Shown: one piece after another, positions 1 to 12,686 of the stretch | Layout: each line of letters starts with the position of its first letter | Numbering within the stretch: position 1 is the first letter of the stretch | NCBI GenBank assembly: GCA_025786725.1 | Contig: JAHLTZ010000017.1 | Coordinates: forward strand, 186,001-250,000 | Direction of reading: 5' to 3' | Source of the DNA: Syncephalis fuscata S228 | Taxonomy: Eukaryota > Fungi > Zoopagomycota | DNA length: 64,000 bases | Translations under genes and position numbers: made by a program | The notes under the pieces: model-generated | What the model was told of the DNA's origin: nothing | The model's input: only the letters and a program-made list of their open reading frames with translations | Database searches by the model: none

Positions 1-1236
1 ATGGATGAAATGAAATCACGGTATATTAGAAACGAAATTGAATTAATCAATAATGTAGACGAGCACCCTTCTATCTCTACGACCACTGCACCTTTAGAAA
101 AACAATCAACTTACTGCCGAAATGCTATTGTAGTTTGGCCCAATGCTGGCTATTCACCCTCTTACTTTATTTATCTTAAACATAAAGCAAAGGACAATCG
201 GATATCGGCAGTGCCTAACCTAGTCAACATCTATGATAATTGGATACTCTTTCAAACTGTCTATAAGCAAAGTCCATATCAAAAAATTAATTTATTTGAT
301 TTAGATAGAAATCAATGGATAGAAGGTCCAAGATTGCTTCAGCATTACTCATGTACTAGTGTTCAATTTACTTCTCCCGAACAATGCCAATTGCTAACTT
401 GGACAATAATACGTAATTATGTAGATTCTGATACTGATTCTACGTTATCTAATACTCAAAATTTCCAAAATGCCAACAATGACAAGCAATTATTGCGCAT
501 CGAGTGGGAGCTATTTGACATTCAAAAAGGCCAATCCCAATGTAATAAGATATTATCAGACAAAATCATTATTCCATACAGCCCAGATGCTTTAATCCAG
601 GCCGAGATGTATTCAGAGAAAATGTGTTTAATGGTTATATGTGACACAAAAGATATGTCATCTCGCATTCGTGATGGAACATTTAGTGCTCTATTATCGT
701 TATTTGTATTTGACAAGTTTACGTCAAAAGATTCACTGCAATCGTTGTTTGATGCCAGAGATTACGGTCAATCACGGCCAATTGATGGTTCAGATCAAGG
801 ACGTATACTATGGAGCCGGTCTATAACTAATAGTGTTATTACAACATTATACAGCGAAAAGTTAATTATCGTTCGAAATTACGGAAGACTTGATGTATTG
901 AGTGCACAAGATGGAAATTTACTGCGCTCAATTAATTGTCCATTTCACACTAGACTTTCTCCCTTCCTTGGACCACTATGTGCAATGCTTAATGGAAATT
1001 ACGGTCACAATTGGCTTGTTGACGTGCACACTGGTCGTATTTATAATTCACCAGCTTGTCTTAGCGAAGATCAAACGGAAGACAAAAAGGATAAGCAGTT
1101 GGGCGTCATTGAAGCAACACCACCACCACCAGATGACTATATAATAAGCAAAAATTCCGGACTTTGTTTATCAAATGTCGTTATTGGTCGGATTAACGTC
1201 GATGGTGGTGGCCTATACGAATCATATACATTATAA
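1..1236 (+). CDS. Hypothetical lineage-specific protein (411 aa; may be the 3' part of a longer gene)
   Basis: Uninterrupted 411-codon ORF in AT-rich DNA. No motif I recognise. It starts at the window edge, so upstream exons cannot be excluded. Confidence 0.7.
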   Translation: MDEMKSRYIRNEIELINNVDEHPSISTTTAPLEKQSTYCRNAIVVWPNAGYSPSYFIYLKHKAKDNRISAVPNLVNIYDNWILFQTVYKQSPYQKINLFDLDRNQWIEGPRLLQHYSCTSVQFTSPEQCQLLTWTIIRNYVDSDTDSTLSNTQNFQNANNDKQLLRIEWELFDIQKGQSQCNKILSDKIIIPYSPDALIQAEMYSEKMCLMVICDTKDMSSRIRDGTFSALLSLFVFDKFTSKDSLQSLFDARDYGQSRPIDGSDQGRILWSRSITNSVITTLYSEKLIIVRNYGRLDVLSAQDGNLLRSINCPFHTRLSPFLGPLCAMLNGNYGHNWLVDVHTGRIYNSPACLSEDQTEDKKDKQLGVIEATPPPPDDYIISKNSGLCLSNVVIGRINVDGGGLYESYTL

Positions 1237-1489
1237 GTAAAACCCATTAGTTGCAAACATTTAATACAAATAATTCCACGCTACATAAACACTCACACAC
1301 TCATAACAAATCGTGATTTGATTAAAGTATGCAACATTATTGATTTGTTTAATAATTTTCTAGCTAATTTTATGTTAATACGATAGTCGCTATTTGATGC
1401 ATAGAAAAGCGTATTAATTGAAACAAACTTAATTACAGTTAGTTTATCAATGATAGTGACTAATAGAATTTTTTTAAAGATAAAACCAT

Positions 1490-2970
1490 ACGTTTATTAC
1501 AAGCTTGCACAGTTGAATAGGGACAACTAGATGCAAGCTTGGTGGTAAAATAGTGATTCCATTGATTAAAGACTGGATAAACTGGAGTATTGGCCAAAAA
1601 TTGATATATAAATAGACTGGACGGCGTAGTTGTCAAATAGTCTTGCTTTTTACCGAATATATACCTAAAGTGTATTGGAATAACGGTTTGACTGCACTAC
1701 CAATGCTGATGTCTTGAAATTAATTATGGAGCACATTTCGGCCTGCATGATGAATAACAATGGAGTGATGAATTTAACTGTGAAAAACATATGTTAAGAC
1801 ATTCCTCGCATTCCGGAGATTCCAAATCAGCACGACGAACTAAGGCTGGTTTAGCATCCACCATGACTGTACTGGCTACAAGCGCAACGACAATGGTGCA
1901 AACGACGGCAATGGAAAGCTTCATAGTAATATTAATTTGTTAAAACAAACAAACAGAGCAGGCAATAGAGTGTGGTTGGTATAGAGTGTATAGTAGTGCG
2001 TGTATAGCAAGAAATAGTGTGTGATAATGATATTGCAGTTGGTTGTGTGTATTTTGTGGGCTATTTAAACTTATGGCTATGCTGAGATGCTAGTATACTG
2101 TAGTATATGAGGTACACTATTGATGTGTGATATGAGCCAATAAAGAAATCTAAATGATGGTTTAAGGTATATATGTATATTAATAAATTCAAAGTATAAT
2201 GATATGCTTCTTAATTTTGATTTTAACCTGCCCGGTCTTTACTTTAATTTGTTGGTTATTTGCACGAGTACTGTAACGGCGTTCATAATCCAGTACATAT
2301 GCGATAAAAATAGACATATTAGCCTGTATTTTCTGTTACACGGTCTATTTGGTAAAAACAAGTATATTGTTTGGCTTTGTAAAACATAATGATGTCTTTG
2401 CTGTTGCTTCTATCGAGTGACTCGGGCCCCAATATCTGCATACATACAAATAGCACACAACACTGATAGAAAATAAGTCTAATATATTAAACTATTATTT
2501 TATACAGGTTTTACTGCCATACATAAATTAGCCATAATTTTTTAATTATAAAATGTGTTGATTGGTGCATACGTCTATTTCATTCGACACTGTGCGCATT
2601 GTTATGGGGAGTAATAATTGTTTCGGATTCACAAACGCATTACATCAGCATATCATGTTGCATGCTGTGCAACTACCATCATTCAAACAGAGGTAATCCA
2701 AATTACCTGAACGACTATACAATAAGTACTGTTTGTAACATGATGCATCACGGCATTTTGAGCAATGGAACATTCCAACAAGTCATTTTTGTCATTAGTT
2801 TTCAGCTGTAAACTAAATTGCATTGATTAAATTATATGCAATACAATATGAAGACACTAGACTAGACACAATAGAAAGCTCTTACCAAGTACCAGCGATT
2901 CAAATGCATAATATCAATAGATTACATATCAATTGGTAAGCATCCAAGGCTTAAGTGCCGCTTACATTTC
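1490..2970 (-). repeat. Dispersed cassette copy A (carries the intact peptide gene)
   Basis: Aligns by eye to 20620-22530. Shared blocks include cagttgaatag, atgcaagctt, gaatatatacctaaagtgta, tatggctatgctga, tttaacctgc and atgtctttgc. Confidence 0.8.
1724..1924 (-). CDS. Small secreted cysteine-rich peptide (66 aa)
   Basis: Signal peptide MKLSIAVVCTIVVALVASTVMVDA, short pro-segment ending in dibasic RR, then a 35-aa region with 6 Cys (C-x2-C-x3-C-x9-C-x3-C-x3-C). Decayed paralogous signal-peptide exons occur at ~21.5 and ~44.8 kb. Confidence 0.8.
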   Translation of the reverse strand: MKLSIAVVCTIVVALVASTVMVDAKPALVRRADLESPECEECLNICFSQLNSSLHCYSSCRPKCAP

Positions 2971-3466
2971 TGAAACCACTTCTGGCAAGTTAAGCAAAAT
3001 GGAATATAGAAGAACAAGCCAAGGCAGAAACCAATAGAAAAACAATTGGCAACTCGAAGACTTTCTAGTTTGACCTATAGCAAATCATTATAGCTATGCT
3101 AAGCTGGGCTGCATTTATCAAAAGTTGGCTGTTGCTGATGCGACCAGAACAGCAGCAACATTAAACTGAGATAACGCACAGAAAACAGAGAGTTGTAAAT
3201 AACACTGAATTAACGAGTTTAGTAGTTAAATAACTTGTTATTGGCACTATAACTTATAATGCTGGTTGTTTGTACGGATAAATATTTACAATCACATTGT
3301 GACTTCTTATATACTTACATGTACACGACCACCAACTAAGCCAACCATTACAAGGCTTACTTTAATTATTTATCAGAGTAAGCAGCTAATATTATACATT
3401 ATTGCAATAATAGAAAGACAGATTAATTTTATTTATCAAAATGCATTGTTTTAAAAAATCTATTAA

Positions 3467-4933
3467 ATGTCTACCAAACTATTTAAAGAAGCTATATTTA
3501 ACAGTATTAAAGAACTAAGGCCATTGTTGACGAGTTTAAGCTTGTTAACGGTTGCAATTTTAAGAGAAAAATAGTGATTCAACAAGATTACAGTTTATTT
3601 GTTGTCATGAAAACCATTATAGCAACAAATGCCAGTTTTTTTTGACTGCCAGAAAGCAGAAGACTAACCTAATAAAAATTGTTCAATGCAGCCTTGAACA
3701 TTTTGATGACTGTCCATATAATTATGGTAATGATACTATTAAGTCTATTGCTAAATACATTACAAATAATGTTGCTAGATTCCCAAATATAAAGCCAAAA
3801 GATGTACAAAAAAAGTATTAAAGTAGATACATATTTGATTATTTAATATACATTGACAACTGTAATAGTTCAACATAAGTTGATATTTCTTATTGCAAAG
3901 CTTGATTTGCTTTTGATTCGATAGAAAAGAATAATATTAACGGCGATATCAATTCTTTTTTATTTATTAAAGATTACCTTATTAAATTTAAACATTCCAA
4001 TCTTGGCTCTATTCAGCACCTCTTGTAGAACCAGTCTGGTAATTTTGAAAATGCATTTTTATGTCATTTATCATTTATTAAAGATTAACTGCATACTTTT
4101 AAAGTACTGGTAATTAATGGCTGCCATTTAAGGTTTTCTTATAATGGCACTGCTTTCGCTGCAGTTGTTAAAGATGAAAATAACGATATTTTACCTTTGA
4201 CTGTTGCTATAGTATTTCATGAAAATAAAAACAGCTGGGTCTATTTTTTTAAATATTTATCAAATTCAATACCCAAATTAAGTATTCACAAGCTCAAGGA
4301 TTGTTAACTAATAATAGCTATTTGTTGTATGAATCAACATTAACTGACATCGATAATTATATAGTTGACGATTATTCTGATACCAAATTTCAAGTTAAAG
4401 ATATCAAGTCTGGTATTGTCAGAACACTAGATTTAACTGCAAAAACCTGCACATGTGGATACTGGGAAGAGATGAAGTTTGTTTGTAGTCATGTGGCAAT
4501 AATTTTGAAGAATCTTAAACTTTTATTAAATGATTTTATTGATAGATCTTACACCATTGATTATCTACACAAATTGTATGCTTCAAAAATTTGTCCGGTT
4601 GAAATGGAATCAATTACTGCAGACACTTCGTGTTTGCCACCGACAATAATGAAGAAAGCCGGTAGACCAAGAGTTAAAATAACTGGATCTTGTGGTAAAG
4701 CTTTGAAAACCTCCCAACGATATACTTGTCGCTACTGTAGATTAAAAGGTCACAGTACAAGAACATGCTTTGTAAACACTAGCATTAATAACATTAAAAC
4801 AAGCACCTTTATTGAAGAGCAAATACAAACTACTAATAAAACAACTATCAAGAAAAAACGTGTTATTAAAGAATGTTTAATTTGTAGTGAACATCATTAT
4901 AAGAAAATAGAGTGTGGGGTAAATAAAAAATGA
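3467..4933 (+). mobile_element. Decayed MuDR/MULE (Mutator-like) transposase
   Basis: Broken frames encode a MULE-domain-like segment (VLVINGCHL...YNGTAFAAVVKDENNDILPLTVAIVFHENKNSWVYFF at ~4100-4260). ORF 4301-4933 has a SWIM finger (CTCGYWEEMKFVCSH), a KAGRPR motif and a zinc knuckle (CRYCRLKGHSTRTC). Stops, frameshifts and an apparent internal deletion are present. Confidence 0.85.
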
Positions 4934-5740
4934 TTTATCATGGTAAATTTTAAAAACAGTGTATTTATTTTATAAAAATAGAAAAATACAATAAAAATTT
5001 AAAATTTAAAACAGTGTATTTTAAAAATAGTCATATAATAAATTAAAGAAGCTACAATTTGTGATTGCAATTAACAAGTTGCAATATGGTAAAAAAAATA
5101 CTTTAAACTGCTATTTACTTAGCAATAGTACATTTACTTTTGTAAATGTAACTTCACGTGCTATTTGCTATTAAATGTTCAAACTATCTGGTGTCATACA
5201 CTATTGGCATATTGTGTTTATACGGACATGCATTGCCTAAAAGATGCACAAACACATGTAATACACTAAACAAAAAAAGTGATTTGATCCAGTGTGAATT
5301 GTATTATTTAGAATTGAAATACTATAATGCCTATTCCGTTCAGGAGGTGCGCCGATATTAAGCAAGAAACGCTAGTGCCAGTATATGTGTACGCCTGGTC
5401 CCTACTTCCTTTCCTGCTGACGTGACTACACAGCGTTCGATCTATCGAGCCTGAATCCTTACCATAACTGCTTGTCTCTACAGGCATACTCGTACATACG
5501 TGCGTATTAACAGTTGTAGAAGCCATACTTTGTTGAATCAATCCTTTGTTTACATTCACTATTTCTGCATTTGTTTCGTTGTTATTACTACGATTACCTA
5601 TCACTCTTACTGTGTTTACATCTTATCGTTGCAGACATAGTGTAGTCTATGCACTGCGCCGCTTTGTAAGTATTAACTTTATATTTTATTTATAATAATT
5701 AACGGTAGATGTAGATATATTCAAGATTACTACGTTTGCA

Positions 5741-8734
5741 ATGACCGAAACACCGCCGGCAACTCGTCGGGCTGGACGTGGCCGTGGCGGACGAACTGGT
5801 CGTCGCGGCGCTTCTAAACTAGCTACTGTAGAGTCTAAAGTAGCTGACGCAGACGAACAGCTGGAAATGCCACTACCTACAACAACACCGGTAGCACCAC
5901 CTCCTGTGGCTATCGTAGCTGACGCTCGTCGTAGATCTACGGGTCGTCAGCGTGTACTCGCAACCGAAGGAGAATCGCCGACTAGTTCGGTTAATAGTAC
6001 GCCTCGCCGCCAGTCAGCAAGTCGTCGTCGTCGAACATCGCGACGATTTGAACAATTAACGTCAAGTAGCGAGGAGCCAGAACTAGATTTACCCGATGAT
6101 CATGAACCACCTCGACCAGACGAAGCACCACTACCTACAGCCACGTCATTTCCGCATATGCTCTGGCGGGCAATTGCCAATTCTCCGCGCTGGATTCGTG
6201 AACAAGGCCGTGGTAGCGATAGTGAAACTGATTCAGATACTGAAGTTTTACGTAAACTTTACCAACGACGTCGTGTGTCAGGTCCATACTGGCTACGTCC
6301 AGACGTTCATGCACCAAATCGACTGACTTATGCGGAAAACGAGCGTAATCGACGTCGTCGTCGACGACGCTTAGATGCACTACAAAATGGTGAAGAATAT
6401 CCCTATATGAGTGGCAGCGAGTTTGACGATACTGATGACGATAGCCAAATGGGCGATGATGGCGAAGATGACGCATACGGCGATGACTGGGGAGAGCGGC
6501 CAATTGAAACTATGGATGACTATCCACCACCAGATATGACACAATTTGCTCATTTGCCTGGCGTAGATCAATTGCCACCTGATGCCGATATCGAAGACAT
6601 TGTAAAACTATTGCCCAAGCCATCAGTATGGCGTCGATTCCGTAAAGGATTTCGAGCTTATGTACGTAAACCAGGTCTGAAACTACTTAAATGGATTGCA
6701 CTCCGTTTGCTATTTGCCATTTTCGCCGTTTATTGGATCATTAAGGAGGCGGTGATGATGCTGACACGCATCTCATGGACAGTTCTACATAGTTATATTT
6801 GGAAGCCATTAGTAGGCCTGCTTGGTATAGTACTTACTGGTCCAGTTTGGCTTATTAGCAATCTATTCGGTGGTATTGCATCTGCATGGTGGCGTATATT
6901 CGGCGGTAAAGGACCATCATCAATTTTAATAGCACTATTAATGATAGGTGGTGGTCTATATTGGACTGGACTTGATAATGCCTCAACATTGCTGAACTAT
7001 TTACCTCAACCAAGCATTCCAACTTTTCGATTATCCGATTTACAATTACCAGTACCTTTTCGTGTTGGCAGCAACACTGGTACACCAACCTATCAACCAG
7101 ATCCTAAATTGGAGGCAGATCTTTTAGCTCGTCTAGATAAATTAGAACGTTCAGTTGGCGAATTAGCCCAAACGGCTAGTGATCTAAATCGACATATCAA
7201 TAATGGTGGCAATGCATATGCTAGTCCATCAGCTGGTGGAGAAGGCAGCTCAGCTGAGGCTCGTGCCGCCGCTGCTGCTGCTGTTCGTGAAATTCGACAT
7301 GTACACGAAGAAATTGACGCTATTCGTTTACGATTAGGCACGGTAGAAGCACGTAGTAAAAATACAAATGAAGATTTGGAAGTAGTACGCAACACAATAC
7401 TACCCAAGGAAGCTTTTATTAATCTGCAGAACAAATACTCGGAGTTGTTAACTGGCGCAGAAAAGTTAAGCGAAAAGCTACAGCATTTTGAACAAGATGC
7501 AGGTACAGCAAAGCAGAATATTTATTCTCTTGAACGCAATTTGCTATCAATGCGTGATCAAGTTGTTACGCTAAAACGCCATAGTGAAACGGCAACCGGA
7601 GCAACACCGGCATTCGATTGGAAGGAAGTTGAAAAGTATCTGGAGCGTTATTTACCTGCACGTTTCCTAATGACTGGCGAGTTGCGGGTTGACGACGCCT
7701 TAATCCGCTATCTTGATGACTGGCTAAGTGAACGTGCACCAGCCATTTCATCATCAGTCGCCGCCAATGCAAAAGTAGATTGGTCACAGCTATTACGTGA
7801 ACACCAATCCGACCTTGATCGTATGATGCATACACGCATTGAACGCGCATTACGTGAAGCAAAGGCACAAGGTGAATTAGTCGATCGTGATGCTGTACTC
7901 ACCGAATTACGTCGTCATGACTTGAACGGTGACAGCGGATGGCAGGGCATATTTGGATCAGGAAGTGGCTATTTAAAGGATGATCAACTACAAGCTACGG
8001 TACGACGTGAACTTGATCGCTATCAAGCCGACGGTCTTGCTATACCTGACTATGCTTTATTGACGGCTGGTGCACGTGTTGTCCCTCGACTAACCAGCGA
8101 TACATTTACACCGGGTCTTGGCTCAGATGCTGGTCGTATACGACGTGCAGCCTGGTGGCTACTTAGCTATTTAAAGCCACCAGTGACTAAACCAGCATCA
8201 GTTGCATTATTGCCATGGCGACAACCAGGCGATTGCTGGCCTATGGCCGGTCGAAGTGGCCGTATTACTGTTCATTTGGCCAAATCAATTATACCAGAGG
8301 CCATTACACTTGAACATGTTGATCGCCGTATTGCCCTCGATGCCACCACTAGTCCCAAGCTACTTCTAGTCTACGCGGTAGCCTATGATGTACCAGTGGC
8401 TGTCCGGAAACAAGCCATGGAAAAGGCCACTGTCACTGCTACGACAGCCACTGATGGCCAATCATCCAAAAAGTCTGAATGGCTATGGGATGATAAGCAA
8501 GGTGTATGGACCAAACCGCTTATTCGATTCAACTATCAGCTTAATGGACCAGCAGCACAATCGTTCCCTCTATCGCCTGATGTAGTTGGCACCTTCCCCG
8601 TTCGATTAATCCAATTACGTATTTTGGATAATCACGGCCAGCCCGACTTTACCTGTTTGTATCGTTTCCGAGTCCATGGACGCGCCAGTCCCACCAAAGC
8701 ATTAACATCAACAACGACGACTACATCAGTATGA
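5741..8734 (+). CDS. SUN-domain (Sad1/UNC-84) nuclear envelope protein
   Basis: Basic/acidic N-terminus, TM segments, coiled coil and C-terminal SUN motifs (PDYALLTAGARV, PGDCWPM, ITLEHV, NHGQPDFTCLYRFRVHG). Probable 5'UTR intron from gtaagt at ~5666. Confidence 0.93.
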   Translation: MTETPPATRRAGRGRGGRTGRRGASKLATVESKVADADEQLEMPLPTTTPVAPPPVAIVADARRRSTGRQRVLATEGESPTSSVNSTPRRQSASRRRRTSRRFEQLTSSSEEPELDLPDDHEPPRPDEAPLPTATSFPHMLWRAIANSPRWIREQGRGSDSETDSDTEVLRKLYQRRRVSGPYWLRPDVHAPNRLTYAENERNRRRRRRRLDALQNGEEYPYMSGSEFDDTDDDSQMGDDGEDDAYGDDWGERPIETMDDYPPPDMTQFAHLPGVDQLPPDADIEDIVKLLPKPSVWRRFRKGFRAYVRKPGLKLLKWIALRLLFAIFAVYWIIKEAVMMLTRISWTVLHSYIWKPLVGLLGIVLTGPVWLISNLFGGIASAWWRIFGGKGPSSILIALLMIGGGLYWTGLDNASTLLNYLPQPSIPTFRLSDLQLPVPFRVGSNTGTPTYQPDPKLEADLLARLDKLERSVGELAQTASDLNRHINNGGNAYASPSAGGEGSSAEARAAAAAAVREIRHVHEEIDAIRLRLGTVEARSKNTNEDLEVVRNTILPKEAFINLQNKYSELLTGAEKLSEKLQHFEQDAGTAKQNIYSLERNLLSMRDQVVTLKRHSETATGATPAFDWKEVEKYLERYLPARFLMTGELRVDDALIRYLDDWLSERAPAISSSVAANAKVDWSQLLREHQSDLDRMMHTRIERALREAKAQGELVDRDAVLTELRRHDLNGDSGWQGIFGSGSGYLKDDQLQATVRRELDRYQADGLAIPDYALLTAGARVVPRLTSDTFTPGLGSDAGRIRRAAWWLLSYLKPPVTKPASVALLPWRQPGDCWPMAGRSGRITVHLAKSIIPEAITLEHVDRRIALDATTSPKLLLVYAVAYDVPVAVRKQAMEKATVTATTATDGQSSKKSEWLWDDKQGVWTKPLIRFNYQLNGPAAQSFPLSPDVVGTFPVRLIQLRILDNHGQPDFTCLYRFRVHGRASPTKALTSTTTTTSV

Positions 8735-9034
8735 GATTGCTATTATATTGTCGTATATTTATTATACTATTAATATTTCTATTGTTGTTGTTGTTGTTGT
8801 TGTTTTGAGTACACTTGCATTATATGTCTATTGACTCTTTTCTATTTCGTATATTTTCTGTGTGTGGGGCGTTTATTACACAACAATGTTTTTTATTTTA
8901 CATTATTTAAAATGTCATTACTATTATTATTATTATTATATTGTTATTGCTGTTACTTATTACTTATTTATTAATAATTATAAAATATTACTATTATAAA
9001 TATAATCAAAAGGTATGCTAATCACTATAATCCA

Positions 9035-10896
9035 TTAATCATTTTTAGAAACATTTAAAAGATTTTCGCCTAATCGTTGTAGATTACGCTGGATCATCTT
9101 GCTTATAGATTGATAAATTGTCCAAAAAGCCCGTAGAATACCAATAACAATAATCACTACAAGCAGTAAATCAACACCGCCTCGTCCACCGCCTCGTCCA
9201 CCTGGACGAATATGTATCCTGCCAACTACTGGGATGGATCCCATAAAGCCAACACCAATAACAAATTGTAGAAACCCAATAATGCCCACTAGAAATAGTC
9301 CAAATAAAAAGTGGAATACATCAATGTTGTCTAATGATATAATACGTTGAAGCTGTTCCGGATCTGTAAACAATGGCCATTCACCAGTAATATAATCATC
9401 ATCTAGATCATTATAGCTATTGTCGTCTAAATCGTCGAATCCCAAATTGGTTAGTCTGCCCGCTGCATCCAGATTACTAAAGAATTGATCTTCATATCCC
9501 CATAAACAGCCGCGTATAACAAGTTTAGTACCAAATCCTGCTACAAATACTAGAATGGCGAATACAATTAAACTAAGTAGAAATTTGATTACTATTATTA
9601 TCGAATATATTAGTATAGATGTTTAATAATCAATATTACTATTATAGATTTACCTGGATTTTGAATAATTCCCGCTAGTCTTGTTCGACTAAAAGAATAT
9701 TTATAGCCACATTCAGTACATTTGAAGAAAGCAGATCGATTATTGCTAGCATAACGCCATGAATTCAGACATTCAAGATGGACATAGCGCATAGTACCAT
9801 TACATAAACATGGTGATATAAGTTGTCCAAGCGTCGATTCCTCCTCAGTGCCGCAAAAGCAAATACGACATTGTATTTGTTCATTTAATGTCGTAACTGC
9901 TTCACGTGTATTCTTTTGATGGTTGCGTCTATCAGTTGCGGTTGATGTTTGATGTGGCTGTCGCCTACGCAAATAGCTTTGTCGACTTGTATTGGCGCTT
10001 TCATTCATTTCAATGCTATCGTTGTTAGTATCGTGTTGTAGTGAATTTTCCGTTAATACTGAGTCGCCCTCTTCTTCCACATAAGAAGCCATTGTATTAT
10101 CACGGGTCAATTGACCTGTATGACAGCGATGAAGGGTCGGTTCCATTAATAACGAGCCCATACGCATACCTTCCATAGCTGTATTATGGCCATCTCCACT
10201 ATACTGTGAAATATTTTGGGTAGATGACATAGTAGTATCGGCATCTGTATTCCCCTCTTCGCTCTCTTCTTCGTTTACATCTCCATGGTGGTAATCGTGC
10301 TGCGACTGTTGTTGATGTCGATGATGTCGATGATGATGATGATGATGATGATGGTTGGTCGTATCAGAGGATATTGATGATGGTGATTCACGACGTACCC
10401 AACGAACTGAAGTTGGATGTTGTCGATTTACACTGGCATGATTGGCCCGATTATCCCAATGGTTATCTCGTCGTTGATTTGGATGTGGATATGGATGACG
10501 ACGTGTTGCTGCTTCAGCTAAATATGTGGCTGGAGGGTCTTGAAAGGTGAATTGTGACGACGAAGGCATTGCCGACTGATCCATGCCATATCCATCGGCG
10601 GTAAGTTGACTCCAATCGCGATCTAATGCCGAGTAATTATGCAACATACTCGCCGTCTTTGTCAGAACCTCGTACTGTGACTCTGTATCGGTTTGGGTGT
10701 TATGAGCCATGCTAGCAGTGTTATCGTTAAATAGTTCACTACTTTGACTAAATGTGTCTGCGTCGTATAAGTTGGTAGAAGGATTGTTAGTAGCAGTAGC
10801 AGTATTAGTAAAAGGTGTTGCTGTTGCTGTTGATGAATGAGTTGTATAGTTGGAGCGACGAGCGCGTGCCCCTCTTTCATAGTCGAATTGACTCAT
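9035..10896 (-). CDS. RING-CH (RINGv, MARCH-like) membrane E3 ubiquitin ligase, 2 exons
   Basis: C4HC3 ring CRIC...SPCLCNGTMRYVHLECLNSW...CTEC, then TM helices in the 9035-9590 exon. Intron at ~9594-9653. Poly-His tract in the disordered N-terminus. Confidence 0.88.
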
Positions 10897-11442
10897 AATG
10901 AATACAATGATACAAGTAAAAGCAAGTTAATACTAATGGGTGTAGTAGCGGTGGTAGTAGTAGTAGTAGTTGGTAGGCAATACACCCCCAAGATACAGAA
11001 GAATAGATAGAGCAAAGCGGAGAAGTAGACTGTATAATGTGTGTAATGAGAAAACTCAACACAATGATAAGTAAATCGTTGAGTCATCGGTTATTTATAT
11101 CTATCCAAATGAATAGGCTACTAATGAGCCTGCATTTCAATTGTTTCAAGTTTATTTAGATTTTAGTGTAAAACATTGATGTGTATATTATCTGACATCA
11201 TGGCTCCGCTTCACATAAAATGTTTTACTTGTATGAAGTGATAGAGCAATGGTAAAGATATTTTCACGGAAAAGCAGGCTAGTTGGGTCGCTATTTTCGT
11301 TTCTTTCTGAACTTTTATTTGTCGTCTATTTGCTACTATTGCTCTAATTAAACACAAGTTGTTTAGTATCGATATTGCCGCAACATTGACGTTGTATAGT
11401 ATTTGATTGCAACAAAGCAATTAAAGCATTGTATTTATAAAT

Positions 11443-11940
11443 ATGGTGTCTTCTCAGCTTTTAAGCGATCATCCAGATAGTGGTAGCAGTGGCTACTCTC
11501 CTACTGAACTGTACGAACCAGTGGTCGATTTGTTTAGTGACACACGGACGCCTGGTCATGATGATATTTCAGCTGATTGGCATCAAGTGTTGTATCTTGG
11601 AAAGCCTACATCAACTGAAAACCCAAAGCCACCTGCTTCAAATGAATTTATAATAACAGAAATTACTACTATTAATAGTAATGCTAGGCGTAAGAGTGGA
11701 CAGGATACCAATGTTAGACAGGATCAGTCTTCGACCAGTAGGATAGACGAACAGCAGCAGCATAATAAGAAACCAGCTACATCACGTCTATTCAATCTAG
11801 ATGTTATTTCTGGTGTACGAGAAGAAGCATACCCGAACTCTTTAAAGAGTGACAGCAATGAATCCAATACAGCTATTGAGCAATCATCTCATAGCGATCA
11901 TGGTGTTCTAGACCGTATTCGCCACTTATTCCGATCGTAA
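11443..11940 (+). CDS. Hypothetical protein (165 aa, hydrophilic)
   Basis: ATG-initiated ORF with higher GC than its flanks. No recognisable domain. Confidence 0.55.
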   Translation: MVSSQLLSDHPDSGSSGYSPTELYEPVVDLFSDTRTPGHDDISADWHQVLYLGKPTSTENPKPPASNEFIITEITTINSNARRKSGQDTNVRQDQSSTSRIDEQQQHNKKPATSRLFNLDVISGVREEAYPNSLKSDSNESNTAIEQSSHSDHGVLDRIRHLFRS

Positions 11941-12686
11941 ATAGGCAATACTATGATAAATTGTATATAGTAGGAATAAATCGTACTTGACTCCTAAATG
12001 CTGAGTCCTTAAAGCAAAATTCGTTCCAATCAGGGTTATATCGTTGTTATACGCAACATAATTACACTACTTGTTATTAAAATGTTATTAACAAATTATC
12101 TTAAATAAATAATGTAACATACTATTTGATTTCTTTGGAACATTTAAGATTGATCATTGTTGTTGTTGGGTATGTGTAGAAAGATTGATTGAATATTAAT
12201 AGAAGCCATATGATTGCAATTCCATGTCATTCCACATTTGTTGTTATTGCATCTATGTACAACATGGATTATTGCATCTGAATGGTCTTTTGTATTTTCT
12301 AATATTTTACTATTGCATTTTGAGCATATTTATGATGTAAGATAAATATTAATATAATTATTATAAAGTCGTTTATTAGACAGTCACTTTTCCTATAGTA
12401 ATCTGACTAAATAAATGGCATTTTGAACAATAAATATTATAATGACAATATATATATATTAAAACAATAATAAAGACAACTAATTAATTACATTATTGTA
12501 TTGATAATTACACATGAATTAATTAATGTTGGATGCAATATTATACATGTTATAGTGATGAGTGAGCGTTTAATTGTGTCTAAAAGTAAAGGGATGAAAT
12601 GAGTAAATAAAAAATGTAAAAGTCAAATTGCAATAGCTCCCTATTCATAATATTTATTTATATACATAACTCATTGGTTTACAGCT

